Below, one piece after another: positions 24,506-39,062 of a DNA stretch of 64,000 nt. The translations under genes and the position numbers were made by a program. The stretch spans positions 1 to 64,000 of the forward strand of contig ADNK01001691.1 of NCBI GenBank assembly GCA_000320545.1. The letters are read 5' to 3'. The first letter of the stretch is position 1, and every line of letters begins with the position of its first letter. Source of the DNA: Bigelowiella natans CCMP2755 (lineage: Eukaryota; Protista; Cercozoa). The notes beneath the pieces were generated by a model that worked only from the letters and a program-made list of their open reading frames with translations, was not told the DNA's origin and ran no database searches.

Positions 24506-25340
24506 CTCTGGAGAAGTCGACGTTTTAAGCGAAGAGAGCGGGAAGGAAGAGAAGGAGGGAGAAAGACAGCGAGAGAGTAGTCAGAGACCTCAAAACTGTT
24601 TACCTTTCCTTTACCTCATCCTCATCCTCCCCCTCCTCCTCCTCCTCCCAAAACCCATCCCTCAATTACTGCAATTTCTCTCAGTTTGCCCTGCTTACAC
24701 ATCTTCCATGACCATGAGATTGACAAATGGCTACGTGCGTAAAACACCAGCAGCAAATCAAAAACATAAGTTCACAATCACGAATCCGACATTCAACGCA
24801 CACGCACACGCACACGCACACGCACACGCACACGCACACGCACACGCACACGCACACGCACACGCACACGCACACGCACACGCACACGCTTTCAGAGGCA
24901 GAAATTCTGTCTTTCTACTACCGCTGATGTGATGATAATGGTGGTGGTGATGATGATGATGATGATGATGATGACAAACAAGTACAACTGAGGGAGGGTG
25001 AAGAGAAGGAGTTAGTAGGAAACCGAGAAGGAATGACAGAAATGAGAAGGAATCGATTTCGTTAATATCTACAAGATCCAACGCTCGATTTGTGGCGGTA
25101 GAGCCTCTTCGTGATTGCTCCACGAGCGCACCAACCCCATCATCATCATCATCATCATCATCTGAGATTCTCCCTCTTCCTCCTCCTCCTCCTCCTCTTC
25201 CTCCTCCTCCTCCTCCTCTTCCCCCCCCCCTCCTGGTGGTGGTTGTTTTCCGATTGTTGTGTTGACTGACGGCAGGAGAGAACAACACCTGTCCCATATG
25301 CAAGACGCCCATATCAGCCGGGTCCGAGCAGCAGCAGTGA
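22504..25340 (+). CDS. RING-H2 E3 ubiquitin ligase with UIM-like motifs (BIG BROTHER/RNF38-like)
   Basis: SDEEIARSIQ, LDRALALSLQ, DLDNMSYEQILALQERLGQV, CCFCLEEFKEGENIKR|LPCLHIFHDHEIDKWL|RENNTCPICK. Confidence 0.85.
24797..24888. repeat. (GCACAC)n intronic microsatellite
   Basis: Seen directly. Confidence 0.9.
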
Positions 25341-26402
25341 GACATTTGCCACTCGGAATATAACTGCGGCGAGCATTAAATTATTGACTCGTTGCTTCCT
25401 TCACAGTTCTGATAATAGCCAAAACTATTTTATTATTAATAATTTCTCCAATTTCTATGATCGCACGCGCATGCACGATACTTGCACTATCGACGGTCAC
25501 ACGGCGGAGGGTTGATAAAAGGCTGCGGCCAATGTTTCTTATATCATGAGCCAGACTGTCGCTACATGAAAGAGGAAGGTGTATCTAGGTATGGCAATGC
25601 ATATGAATGTATATGCTATGTACATAGCAGAGCTGCCATGGCAGGGAGAAGACAGGAATGAGGCTGCGTGCATTATGCATACTACGTATGTGTACTACGT
25701 GCATCGATCAATATGCACTAGTGCAGTCTGATCTAGTGATCGACGTAGTGGGCAATCATCACCCATCTACTAGCTGCTAGCCACGTCGCGTCGCATCGCT
25801 AGATCGATACGACACGCAATGCTTCGATCATTGGGCGCTGTCCATATAATCATTATAATCTGATCGAGTGAGCTGCGAGTAAGTTCACGTGGCTCTCTCC
25901 ATGCTAGCATCATGCTCTAGCTACTACATGTCAATGACTAAGAATGAGCTGCAGTGGCCGGCCACACAAACGTGGCGCGGTCCAACAATCTGAAGGGGAA
26001 AATGCCCACGACCCACGCTAGTTATCACGCCCCATATGCATGCGCAACACTGATGCCTAAACTGACTCCGCCAAATTTTAAGAAATGTCACTCGTTGTTG
26101 CATGCACGAAAGATGATAAAGCATTGTAATCTTCACTAATTTACAGGCAGCCTGCTGCTGGCCTGTAGAAGTAATTCTAGCATGACAGTTCTTTCGCTAG
26201 CGATGCGACGCGAATCGTCCACCCCACCCCGCCATGCCCAATTAGTCAGCGTGCATGAGCGCTGCTGCTGTTGCGGCGGGGTGCTACTGCCATGTCGCAC
26301 GTGTGCATCGTGAAAATTCTCAAGTATCATAATCTGTTCTTACAATCATTACATATAGCTATACATATTATGTATCGTGTGCCTGTCGATCCACAGACGC
26401 TA

Positions 26403-26580
26403 CTACAACACGTAGTTGTACGTGGAGCCATATGGCTCAGCACATCGTAGCCGCCATGGAGCCACTACTGCGTAGTGCACGTCCCATAAGAACATGGCTT
26501 GCGAAGTGAATCGTCCTTCTCGATCGTGTAGTCGAAAGAGGCTGCAGCAATTGGTATCAGCGGGGTGCTTGTCTGCCAAA

Positions 26581-26619
<39 letters not shown>

Positions 26620-27115
26620 GAGTACATTCGTAAATGAATTTATATCCTCTCCACCCCTCTCCCCCCCGCCCTTCCCTTTCTTCCTCCATCCCTGCGCATG
26701 TAACATAGCAAAGTGAAAAACGCTTCCGTGCTGCATGCGCCGAGGCAGCACTTTTCGGTTGCGACAACAACATGCAGCTTCTCGCATAGAGCTTCAATCC
26801 TCGGTACACATTCATCACCCCTTACCTCTTTGTTCTCCTCTTCCTCCTCCACCGCCTCCTTCTTTCTCGGTGGAAGCTCGACTTGGCAGTTTGGCGACGA
26901 TTGAACTCTGATCACGCACACAAGCGTCGTATCAACACGCGGAAAATGGAACGCAATGAGGATGTGAGCCGTACCTCTTCTCTAGGCTGTGGCAGTACGT
27001 TTCCATGTGCTTCAGGTTTCTCTGAGTGCGCTCATGTCGTTTCTTTTCGACGCGAATCTCCTCTTGCAGCTGCGAAAGCATATACGCATCATCCTTGTCA
27101 TGCCCGAATATATAC

Positions 27116-27189
<74 letters not shown>

Positions 27190-29754
27190 GTAGAATTATA
27201 TAATGTCTTATTCCTCCATCACCCCTTCACACACACGCACACACACACCGATTTGATGATGGCCTCGCCATCCCTAACCCTCTGTGCGAGAAGCCGCGGG
27301 GACGTCTTCAACACAGCATTTGTGATTCCCTGGGAATAAGAGATATTGTGGAAATGATAGTCAATTCATCGCTGCTTTTGCTCGAATGATGTTGGCCAAT
27401 AAAAGACATTTGTGAAGGCAACCAGCGACTTTCAAAAACATCATGCGTGTGTGCTCGTTTCTGTGCGCGCGCGTGAGTGTCCTCATGCACACACGGTCCC
27501 TCTCAAAACGACGCCTTATTACCGTCTGCAAGTCATTCTCACGTTTCTCTTCTGCATTTTCTGTGCTGGTTTCGCGAGGGAGAAGCCTCTCGATGCGCTT
27601 CTTCATCCGATCTCTCTCGCAGATCGTAAGATCCAGGCGGTGTTGGAGGTGCATGTTCCTTTCAGTCAGGTCCATCATTGGGGTGGTTCGCCGCTGCTTC
27701 TCCGCGGAGAGCTCTTTTTGGGTCGATTCCAGCTTTTTCCTAGCCAGCGAAAGACGTTTCTTCGCCTGTCTGAATTCCTCCCCCATGTGCGTCAAGCGCC
27801 CCTGCAGCTTTTCCACTTCCTCCTCGGTTTCCTCGCAAGTCTGCTCGATCTCTTTCCGATCGTCAATGGCGCAGTTGAGCTTCTTCTCCAGCAGTACCGT
27901 CTCCTGGTACAGCCGCGTGGAGGCCTCTTGCGCTGTCGCCAGATTCCTCTCAGCCTCAGCCTTCTGGCTCAGCGCGTCGTCCCTTTCTTTTGTGATGACC
28001 TCGAATTGCTCGTGGATGAGCTCATAGCTCTTCTCATAGTGCCTCTGATCAAAGCTGCTGCTTTTGCCGTCGTTGACGCTATCGTTGCCACTGCTGCGTG
28101 CGCTGCTCTTGCGAACGTTCTCCGCGGACTGGAGGACCTTCTCGCGCGTCTGAGACAGGAGCGTCTTGAGGGATTCAATCTCAGAGGAGCGTGCTATGGC
28201 ATCCTTTTCCTTGTTGCTCAGGCTCTTCTCCAGTCGCTCCTTCTCCGTCGCGAGTTGGGCAAACATTGTCTGCCGCTCGAGGCAATCAGCAGCCATCGTC
28301 TGCCTTTGCTCGTCTGACGTTTGAAGCTGGAGGCGCAGAGCCCCCTCCTCCCGCTGCTGCGCGGCCACCTGCTTCTGGAGTTTCGCGGTTGCTTCCTTGG
28401 CCTCAGCTAGCTTCTGTTCCATTTCTTGCTGTCTCTCCTCTGCAGCGGCTTTTGCCTCACCCAGCTCTTTGATCTCCTCGTTGAGCTTGGCGTTGGAGCT
28501 CTGCAGTGCGCTCATCTCGGCCCGCATATTGCCCAGGGTCTCAGAGACCGAGGAGCGGGCGCTTTCGACCTCCTTCGACACTCGATTGACCTCCTCGCGG
28601 AGACCGTCGTTGCTCGCGCGCATCACCACCAGATCGTCTTGCGTCTGGAGTAGTTCTGTTTTTAACTTGCCCTCGCTCTCAGATGCCTCTCGGAGACGCT
28701 TCCTCAGGTCGGCTACCTGCTGCCGTTTCTTCTGAATTTTCTCTTGCGCCCTTTGGTAGTCGTGTGTTACGTCGTGCTCGTTGCTGCGGCTTGCCTCTGC
28801 CCCGCAGGTTAAGTCCACCACCTGCGCCTTCAGCTCCAAGGACCTCTTCCTCGTCTCTTCCAAACTCTTCTCCGCCTTCTCCTGCAACGACCGAGCAACC
28901 AATAGCTCGTCGGATTTCTGTTTCATCTCCTCTTGGAGCGCTCGAAATGATTCCTTCAGCTCTTTAGAGATTTCATACTCTCGGCTCAGCGCAACCTCGT
29001 GATTTCGCCGCTTTTGTAAGTGGCCTTTGACTGTCAGCTCGGCCTCAATCTGCTCCTCCTCTAGTTTCTGGAGTTTCTCCTTGTGCTCTTTCAAAGATCG
29101 CTTCGTTTCATCGAGCTCATCCTGCATTAGACGCGCGCGAGCGACCAACTTAGCCTGACCTAACATGAAACTCTTCGGCGCCTTCTTTGTGATTGTGGAG
29201 AGCCTTCTCTTGGAGTTGGAAGAGGAGGGGTTCCTTCGTGTAGTGAATGAGGTTTCTTCGGTGCTAGGCTTCACTTCATCCTCTTGTGAAAACATTTGTC
29301 TCTCGTAATACTTGGTCCAGATTAAGAATGAACGCTTAAAGGTATCGAATGTGATGTCTTCCGACGTATTCGCCTCCATAGATCTCCATACTCCGAGAGA
29401 TATCGTTTCGTCAACGAAGTCCCTACCTAGAATGATGCTGAGCCCCTGGTGGAACTGTTGGAGTGTTATTGTTCCATAATCGGCTTCGTCGAATATCTTC
29501 CAAGCATCAACCGCTCTTCCGAACCTCTCAACGATGAGAAAGACGAGTCGCCTTTGTTCTTCTGATAGAGATACTATATTTTCCATGTGAGCGGGTTCGC
29601 TTCTTGGGATGGCTGCCGACTCGTGATCGGCATAGCTCATTCGATTTAGATTTCCCCCATTCTTCTCTGTGCCGTTTTGGAGAGGGGAGGGCGACCTATC
29701 CCCGGCGTTTTTGCTGCGGTTGTGGTTTAGATGGGATCCCCTCCGAGTTCTCAT
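26403..29754 (-). CDS. Long coiled-coil protein with an N-terminal EF-hand-like pair
   Basis: 797-aa ORF forming the large first exon; AWKIFDEADYGTITLQQF; E/K/Q-rich heptads; small downstream exons. Confidence 0.7.
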
Positions 29755-30539
29755 TTCGGGACTAATTTCCGGAAGCCGGCAAACGTGGGGAGGTTAAGGA
29801 GTCTTGTTCGTTTCTATTCGAACAGGTTATCCAGCGATCAGATGGTTGGGCTGTTGCCTCGTCTTTCTGTATCGTCTTGAAGCAGATAGAGGAATACGTA
29901 TCTTGCTCAGATGAAAGGCAAACTTGTTTCGCCTGGGCTTCGCTTGCCTACCTTTGAGGCTTAAAGACCGTTCGCCACTGTCCTCGAATGTTCGTCGAGT
30001 ATTCTTATTAGAATCCAATACCAAATCGATTTTGTCCCCGCTTCCACGATTTGGTTGGCCTTAATGGAGGAGGGGGGGAGAGCTTGACATCTGTAACGGA
30101 AAAAAACGCAGGGGATTTTCACAATGCGGGGTGCGATTCCCTCGCATTATTTCGCGAATTCGCTAAAATCTCGTGTCGCACATTTGCAAAATATCCCATT
30201 GGCATGTCATTGTCGCGTGCCGAAAATAATATACATAAATTTAGTAATTTTAATAAAATAGAAATAGTAGATCTATTAAAACATGTTCATGATTTAAACA
30301 AAATAATCAATGAAAAACTTGCCTTCTTGCTCTTGCTAATCAATTGTTTTCCGGGAGACTACGAGTAGCTCAAATCAGGTGTTCTTCTGAACGGGTTTGC
30401 TTAGATGTTCATCCGATGCTTTTTGGCCAGTGGGCCCTGCAGTGAGGGCGGTTTTCGCCCAGAAAGTTGTCTTTTTCTTTTGACTTTTGACTGATGACCC
30501 GCGTGAATGGCTGGAATTCCCGTTCTTTCACGAGTTGCG

Positions 30540-31330
30540 ACAACATCAACGTCAACTAATTCTTAATTTTCATTTTGGGACGAAAGCAACATCGCAAGTT
30601 GTGTTGCTCACCACCAACAGGGTGCTGACAAGTCCTTGCAATGATTTTTGTTGAGGCTCTGCTACGTGTATGTGCCTGTCTCCCATGTGGTTCTGGTGCA
30701 TGTAGATTTGATCAATGCTTTGTTCATCATTCATTGTTCATCATCGCTCAACATGCACCACGTCAAATTGTGCACGTGTCTTTGCGACCATGACGCACCT
30801 TTCGTGCTGTGTGATGGGTGGCGTGTGCAACACGCGCACAAAGCTAGAAAGCCTGCGCTGTTCAAGGCCTCAATTGCAACATGCATGCGGCGCTGGCATT
30901 CGCAGTGTGCAGCCCACACTTGGACATTGCTTGATTGCAGTCCAGCAGTGCGCACGAACACAATGCACGCGCCCATTCTGGCCTTGCTCAATTAGCCAAG
31001 CACTGCACTGCACACATCGCGGTCAAACGGCAGATGTGCAGACACTACATGCCACATGGCTACTCATTGCAAAGCCACGTGCAGTGAAAACAAAATGAGC
31101 CATCGCTGCTGTCACAAAGCTAGACACATGCGTGACAGGAGCAGCTGCGCCGATTGGACTTTGCCCTTGGCTTCGCCGACACTCACACTAATCTAGTAAT
31201 GATCATGCACGTACAAGCAAACATGCAGCTGTTTTTGGTCAGATAGACGCTAGCTCATGATAACGATGGTATTTTTTCCTTTGACGCAAATGTGGACAAA
31301 TAAGCCAAGAAAGTGGCACCACACGATCGA
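30540..31330. other. TpA-depleted degenerate tract
   Basis: Same signature as 18850-20460. Confidence 0.7.
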
Positions 31331-31389
31331 CTACGGAGAGCATGGCGCCCACAACTCTAGGCCATAGCATCGAAAATCTTGGCTGCTGG

Positions 31390-32393
31390 CTAAGCACGGA
31401 CTGTCAAACATGCTACACGGCTCGCTTCCCCCATCGCGAAGTTTCCGGTCGAGAAACAAGGCAAAGGTCTTCCCTCCAATCGCAAAGCATTCGTTGTCGC
31501 GTGCCAGTATCTGAAAATAGGACGTTCAACATACATGAATCTTGCAACTAAAAAGGGAGGGGAGAATAGGTAAGAAGAAGGGCAAAAAAACCGACGGGAA
31601 GATACGCGAAGCACGCAGGGCCGAAACGGTCAGTAGTGGATTAAGGAAATGCTGTAGCAAGCTCAAAAAGTGCCTCATGAAAAGCAGTTTGCTTTTGAAA
31701 ATGCTTCAACTTTTCTTCGAATACAATTACTATCATCACTACTACTACTGCTACTACTACTACTACTGCTGCTGTCGCTACCGGCTCCGAGCGGTCCTTT
31801 CCCGTCCACGGATAGAATAGTATTTCTTTCTCAGTGCCCTCGCCGATATCGTCTTGATTCTCAGTACCAGATGTTTTGCTACTTGGCGTCAGCGCTCGCG
31901 TTTTCCCATCATTTCCACTGGTGCAGCGGCTACTGTCCGGCAGCTGCTCTGCATGCCGACTTCGTCCCCTGTCCCTCCGCCTCCTCTCAAATAGAAAGCA
32001 CTCGCCATTCCCGAAGTAAGAGCGAGCGCGGCCGACGGTGGTGTTTCCTCTGTGTGAGATCTTCGCCCCAAATGCTTTGCCGTTTCTGTCTTGAACCACC
32101 AGAAAGGATACGGGCTCATTCCTACGCAGCAATAACACAATATAGAAATTAGACGGGGGGAAGAGCGGTGGGGGGGGGGGGGGGGTGATTCCTTCCAGAA
32201 CAGGCCTCATATTCAGATTTTTCTTTGAAAGCTAATTGCCACGGGTGTTGTCGGTTATCTCGTTCGAAACGGTGTGTCGTGCACACACGCCAACAATGCT
32301 AAAAGGGTACGGGGTACCTGATGCAGGCAAGAAGGTGATCCAGACATGTGCCGTTGTGGTCGAGGCTGAAGATACGTCTCCAGGTGTAGATCT

Positions 32394-32435
<42 letters not shown>

Positions 32436-35400
32436 GCTATCACAGTGTCGATGGGGAGCGACATACTCGCTGTGTCTCTACTGCTATCATTGTTCTATAC
32501 CGTGTTACTGCGTTCGCAATCATCCTCCTCCTCATCATCATCATCATCATCATAATTTATACTACCTGATAGATGATCTTCATGTTCTCTATGATTTTCA
32601 CGATATCCCGAGTGCTGAGGATGTGCGAGCGACCCATAACGTCGATGCTCAGCACGCCATTTACAGAGTTTGCCTGGCTGCTGCTACTGCTGCTGCTACT
32701 GCTACCGCGGCGCGAGGGAGACGATGATGAAGAGGAAGTTGCTGAGGACGAATGTCGTACGTTATTTCCTCCAGCATTTGAACGTTGGCTATCAGCACTG
32801 GCACGACGGTCAGTGGTGTTGTCATCCTTCAAGCTTGCTGCAATCTCGAGAGCGTGTTTAAGGCCTTCGCATTGCTCGTAGCACGCCAGAAACCTGAGGA
32901 CAATCATGGCATCTTCGCCCCGACGACCTGCATCCCCCCCCGCCCTCCCCGCAAGCCGTCTACCGTGTCTAGATGACTGGAGGCGGCTTGGAAGGGCGAG
33001 GCCGCGATGACGGCCCGGACTATGACTTCCTGCCGTCATCATGCAGCGCTCTTCGCGGTGGCCATCTGCCTCTTCAATGAAGTTGAACCGGTTCTCGGTG
33101 CCACACCGAATGCCTAGCAGGAGCACTCGCATCGACTCAAGCTGCCGCTCCCCAGATGCGCAATCGGCATTTTCCTCCGAAATGACAGAGAAACTGTCGT
33201 CAAACTCGCTGTGCTCCCCGCTGCTGCTACCACTGCAGCTGCCGCCGTGTGGTCCCTCTTCCCCATTCGCCGCAGCTGGGTTTTTCATGCCTTCTTCATC
33301 GCCATTGTCATCATCAACATCCCCATCGTCATTTTCATTTTTCTTCTCATCTTTAACGCCACCATCATCACCCCCGCCGCCAGTTCCAATGACGACTGCC
33401 GTGGACTTCTGGCGATTGGCCGAGGGCAACGAGGCATGGCTGCAGGAGAGAACATCGTCGATCTCCACGCACAAGCTGTCTTGCGGCGCGGCACGGGACT
33501 CGAACACGACCACCTGGGACGTTACATGGAGCACCCCCGGCACTAGCATCTGCGGACTTAAATTTGCTCCCTGCTCAGAATGCTGGCCCGCCCTTCCATC
33601 GCCTGTGATCCTCATCACACTGCCCTTCCACCGGCTCCACCGCCGTCGCGAGGAGGGAGAGGGCGGGGGATCGGATGAAGACGACGAGGAGGAGGAGGAG
33701 GAGGAGGAGGAGGAGGAAGAAGAGGACGCAGAGGAAGAGTCTATGCGTGTCGATCTTGCCAAGAGCAGGTCCGTGGAATTCGGTGTGCTATTCACACTGC
33801 TTCTACTACCACCATCACTGCTCCCAGCACTCGCGGTTTCCTCCCTCCACCCGCTGAATGATGACGTCGAATGCCGACTCTGCCGCCGCCGCCGCTCCGG
33901 CTCATCGTCAAAACCAGCAGAGACAGCCTGCCCTCCCCCTGGCAGCACCCTTGACACCCCTTCCTTTTCGCTACAACTCCTCTCCCTATGCCTCAGCTGG
34001 GAGGGCAATGAGCCGTCTTTACTAGTCGATGACGAATCCGAATCCATCATTCCCCCCCTTCGGGTTCTCCTCCTTCGTCGTCGCTGCCGCCGGCATGGTT
34101 GGCGGGGAGGGGAACAAGGAAACCCAACCACCGGCTCGCACTGAGTCGGCATGTTCTGCGCGGTCTCGAGCAGTGATTGCAAGACCTCCACACGGTTGGA
34201 GATGAGCCTTCGTTGCTGAAACATCAGCCGCGCGCGCGACCCCAGCGTGGTTTTGGTAGCGACGATGCCCTCCAACGCGTTGGCGAGCTTCTGGGCGTGG
34301 TTCTTGGAATCGAGCCGGGCGCGCCTTGCTCGCGTGCGTCTTCGCTCGAGTGCCGAGATTTCCTGCGAAGGGAATTGTTTTTGTTTGTTTTAAAGGAAAT
34401 AAAGAAGACAGTATCCCACACGATACTACATCTATTTATGGAAGTGAGGGATGGAATTCCGATGTATACGACGTTGTTATAGAACAACAACCACAGCTAC
34501 AACGAGAACATCCTAATCGAAACCAAAGGATTTCTGCCTGCTCATTTCGTGATGAGCGTATGATTTGTTTTATATTAACAAAGGTAAAAAAACATTCTTC
34601 TTCTTCTTCTTCTTCTTCTTCTTCTTCTTCTTCTTTTCTCAAGCTCATCGCATTCGCTATGAGTATATGTGGTGCGTTTGCTTATTCGCAATTTCTTCAT
34701 CGTCTCTCGTTCGGCAGCTACCACCTGTTGTGCACGTGCAATCTCGCAGTCCTTAGCTGTAAGAGCGGCAGCTACAGAGCACTCTTTTTTGTGATGATAG
34801 TTACGGCTCTCCTGGGCTTTGCCGCACCCCCCCTCCCCCCCCTCCCGTCGGTCGTCGCTGGCGATGGAGGAAGGCACACTGCTGCGGAGGCTAAGGGCGC
34901 GCTCAAGCGTGGCCACTTTTCGACCGATGGAGAGTTCCTCGCTTCTCGTGCGTGTCAGCAGCAATTGTGCTGCTTCTATCTCCACCTAAGATATAGAGAT
35001 AAATTCATGGTGGTGCCTCTGCGGAGTCCGCGCAGGTTAGATCATGAGATGTTCTCGATAGGGGAAAAACCGATGATTTCAGCCAATTGACCCCGCAGCC
35101 CCCAGGACCAAAAGCTATAATTTTTTCCAGGCTAGCTCACGCAACCCGCGACAACGTGTGTTTTGTATATGCATGAGAGCGAGGGGGGATGGAGGACGTT
35201 TTGCTTGTGTATGCTTCAGACGGTTTTTCACGCGTAGAATGTGACAAAAATTATGGATAACCTGGATGCGCTTCCTATCGTTGAGCAGCGACAGAAAAAC
35301 CTCGCTCAGGGCGTTGGGAACAGTCTCTGATAGGGAGCTCCTCCTCACCTGCTCGGATTCCAGGAACTTTATGTGGGTATTGACCTCCCCGCACTTTTTC

Positions 35401-35599
35401 TCGAGGGCCTCGATTTCTTTCCTAGCGCCGAGCATTTCCGCTTTTAATCGATGCAAGCTCTTGTGCAGCCGCTTCAGCTCTTCTTGTCCCTCATGCTCTA
35501 GATTTTGCCTCTAATGGATCATAGCAGCGGGGTGGCGGTGGTGGGGTGAGAATATTGTCAATTAGAATTCGACGTAAACTAAAGTAAAGTAAGTGCTGC

Positions 35600-35637
<38 letters not shown>

Positions 35638-36205
35638 TTATAATACATGCAATTGAAAATCTTCTAAGCATGCATTGAAATTGTTCCCTTCGCATTGTTG
35701 CCACCTGATCCCCCAGCCGGCGCATGTCGGCGACTAAAGCCGTTTGCATGGCTCCCAGAGAGTGCAGCTCGACGGCGTCCCTCTCCGCCACCATTCGGGC
35801 GCAAGACAGCTCCTCCAGCAAGCTTGAGCGCTTGTACTCCAGTTGGCTAATCTGCTCGCATATCTGCGCCGTCCTCAGGGCCAGTGTCTCTTGAAACTGC
35901 ACCTGCACGCGGAGTCGCGACTTCAACACCGCAACCGAAACCGTCGTTATTGGGTTCGCCATCGAGGCGTCACCGTCGTTCTCCTCTCCCCCCTCCTCAT
36001 AGAATTTATTTCTGCGCGTTGGTTGATGGTTATCGTGGAGATCCGGCCGCTCGTCCTCAGGAGACAAGTCGTCGTGTACTTTTGCACGTGGCGTCGCTGC
36101 TGTGGCGCGCTTTCTAGGTGTGTTGTGCTTTTCTTCCCCCCCCTGGGCCTTCATCTTCCCCTCATCTGCTCGATGGATTCGAGAATCAATGTTGGGCCGC
36201 TTCAT
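31390..36205 (-). CDS. TLDc-domain protein (OXR1/NCOA7-like) with coiled coil and GRAM-like region
   Basis: VPGVLHVTSQVVVFE; FLVVQDRNGKAFGA...YFGNGECFLF...FYPWTG; ends approximate. Confidence 0.7.
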
Positions 36206-37256
36206 TGAGAAACAAGACCATCATAATGGAGGAGCGGTGCATTCAAGGCTGGATTCCTCGTCCTTGCCATGATCTTTGGAGGCTTTCAGCATAAATTGGT
36301 AGAGCACGTGTCGATTTGTCGGCAGCTTCTGTTGTATCTGGAGTTATATTCGATCGAAACGCCACCTGACAGCCAAGGTTCCCCGTTATTCATGCTGAAA
36401 TGAAGGAGGCGAGTATCTGATTACGAGTACACTCCCTCCGCTCGTCAACAACACCTTAAAAGCCTGCCAATTCCTGCTGGTGCAGAGCGGTGTGAATGTC
36501 GCGGGCAGAAACTTCACGCAGCAAAATTTTGAATTTTCAAAAAATTATGAACAACCCCGAAGAAATAAGTTCCCCGCAAATTCCTTCTCGGGATGTTTGA
36601 TCAGCTTGTTAAAAAGACATAAAATCTTGTACTACGACAACAATGAAGACTTATCTCTCGCGCAAAGAGGGTCTTCATTATTTTATTGTAAATCGCCTTC
36701 TATTTTATACCAAAAGGCCAGTTAATCCCCGCTTCTCGCGAACAAGAAATCACGCACTCGAAGCCGATCTGCTAAGACCATCTGTATAAGCCGATGCGTT
36801 CTTCTTACTAAAAAGTGGCATTGAGCAAAAACATTGAATATGGCGAATATTCTTTTGTCGTTTGTATCAATGGTAGTAATCTTCCCCCATGAAAATGCAA
36901 TCGTATCCCCTGTGTACCACAACATAATCGGGAATTAGTGGGCCGCGAATATTTCAGCTCCATAGAGAATTCCAATCTTTTGTTAAAGTATGACTTGAAT
37001 CTTATATTTTATTCTAACGTCATGGTACAAGGTACAATCTTATGGAGTAATTAGGAGTCTTTATGTCGCGTATATGCTGGAAAAGATCTGACTGGATTGC
37101 TTGATATTTTACTTACGACAACCTTTTCAGCCATTTAAAGCGAAAAATCTCCCAGATTTTCCGCGAAACGCAGTCTCGCACGATTTGGAATCCCTACCCT
37201 CTGTGCCCTCTTCGTAGACGATTAAGCCTAGTAGTGGTTGACAAGGAGGCCCCAAA

Positions 37257-37745
37257 ATGAACGAGAATGAAGCCAGGAAGCAGGTTTGGAAAAGAACAGC
37301 TAAACTGAGAGACCTTAAACCTGCATAATCTACGTTGGGAAGAACACAAGTTTCTAAACAAATGATGCAATCCTTGCCAGTGGTACGCCATTGTGTTTCT
37401 AATGAACTTACCATCTCTTGACCTTTAGATCGAAAATATGGTTCGATTCATCGAGCAAGAGGCCAAGGAGAAGGCCGAGGAGATTCTCGATAAGACAAAT
37501 CAGGAGCTCGAGGCTTGGAAAAACGAGTTCAAGCACAATAAGAGGTTAATAATTTGTCATTCATAACAAGATTGCGTAATTCAAATTTATGTACACCATA
37601 GTTGTAATCAATAAATATTCTGTTTCATATCTGCATGAAAATTAATTAGTACTATTCCATCGGTTTTCATGTAATGAGTATCGCTCTTAACCTACCCTCT
37701 TCTCTCTCTTTACACAAAACATTTATATCAATAATACACGTATGT

Positions 37746-37798
<53 letters not shown>

Positions 37799-37822
37799 AT
37801 TCAATAAAATACAAAAATTCAA

Positions 37823-37872
<50 letters not shown>

Positions 37873-37899
37873 CAGAAATTCAGTAAAATACAAAAATTC

Positions 37900-37942
<43 letters not shown>

Positions 37943-39062
37943 CATATGTGTGTCTGTGTGTGTGTGTGCGCGCATTTTCCGTTGTATATATGTGGCATAC
38001 TGGTGTAATTGCCTTTGCGGTGCGTGAATGTGAGTACACCACTCGTTCCTCCAGCACCTTTGAGGAACGAACCGCAGGGAAGTGCTTATTCAGCTAATTC
38101 CACAGGACATACTGGAAGAGCCACTATCTAGCTGAGAAAAAGAGGAAGGAAGTAGAAGGCAAAATGTAAGTTGTTCACAATCCTAACACTTCTAGGCTGT
38201 GGAGATCTCCGGACGCATAGATATGAGATCTTCGCTCTCCTTCCCATATTATTTCAGTGCTCAGTCGAAGATGAAGTCCTCGGAGGACGAAAGAGTCATG
38301 AAGGAACGCATGGTCATCATGTCGGGCCTCAAGAAAAAGGCGATTGAAAGCATCATCAAAACTAAGAAGGAGAAGTCTTCGGCGTACAAAAAGCTCATGG
38401 AGGACCTCCTCGTTGAGGTAATAGCATTGTGCCATGCTGGAGGAGTAATATCAGTCCGTTTGCCGTTCGATCTCATCCCGCTATTTCACTTCCTCCCCCA
38501 GGGTTTATTGAAGCTGATGGAACCCGCGGTGACCGTGCGCTGCGTGGCGGCGGATAAATCGATCGTGAAGAGCGTCTTGAAGAGCGCGGAGAAAAGATTC
38601 GTCGACGAGATGACCGCTGCCTGCGAGGCTAACAAGACCAAATTTAACATGAACATGAACGTCTCGTTCGATGACAGTCCACTGAAGGACAGCTGGTAAG
38701 AAGAAAACCCGCTTTTTCCCTACATTTATTTGCACACACACAAACACGCACAATATGCACTCAAACACACACATGCACATGCACACACACATGCACATGC
38801 GATCAAATTCACCGCCTTTACGACAACTTTTTACTCTTTGATACGCAGCCTTGGCGGGGTGTGGCTCATGAGTCAAGCGTACACTAGCCGACCTGATGCT
38901 ATCATCGTCCGCAACTCGTTGGATGCCCGTCTCGATATTTGCATCGAAAACATCACACCAACCATCCGAAGCTTGCTCTTCCCCGAGGATGAGGCACGTG
39001 CTCTTGAAATTAAAAAATCTCGCGAAGCAGCGCTCAAGGCGATGATGGAGGAGCACCATTAA
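37257..39062 (+). CDS. ATP6V1E: V-type H+-ATPase subunit E
   Basis: MNENEARKQ|IENMVRFIEQEAKEKAEEI; YKKLMEDLLVE|GLLKLMEP; GGVWL...NSLDARLD...PTIRSLLF. Confidence 0.92.

Noticed and set aside
27412-29002. Plus-strand ORFs here and at 33041-34144
   Set aside because: Antisense shadows of long GC-rich exons
37751-37940. Duplicated 31-bp unit between (AT)n runs in a V-ATPase E intron
   Set aside because: Consistent with local slippage duplication; no further structure
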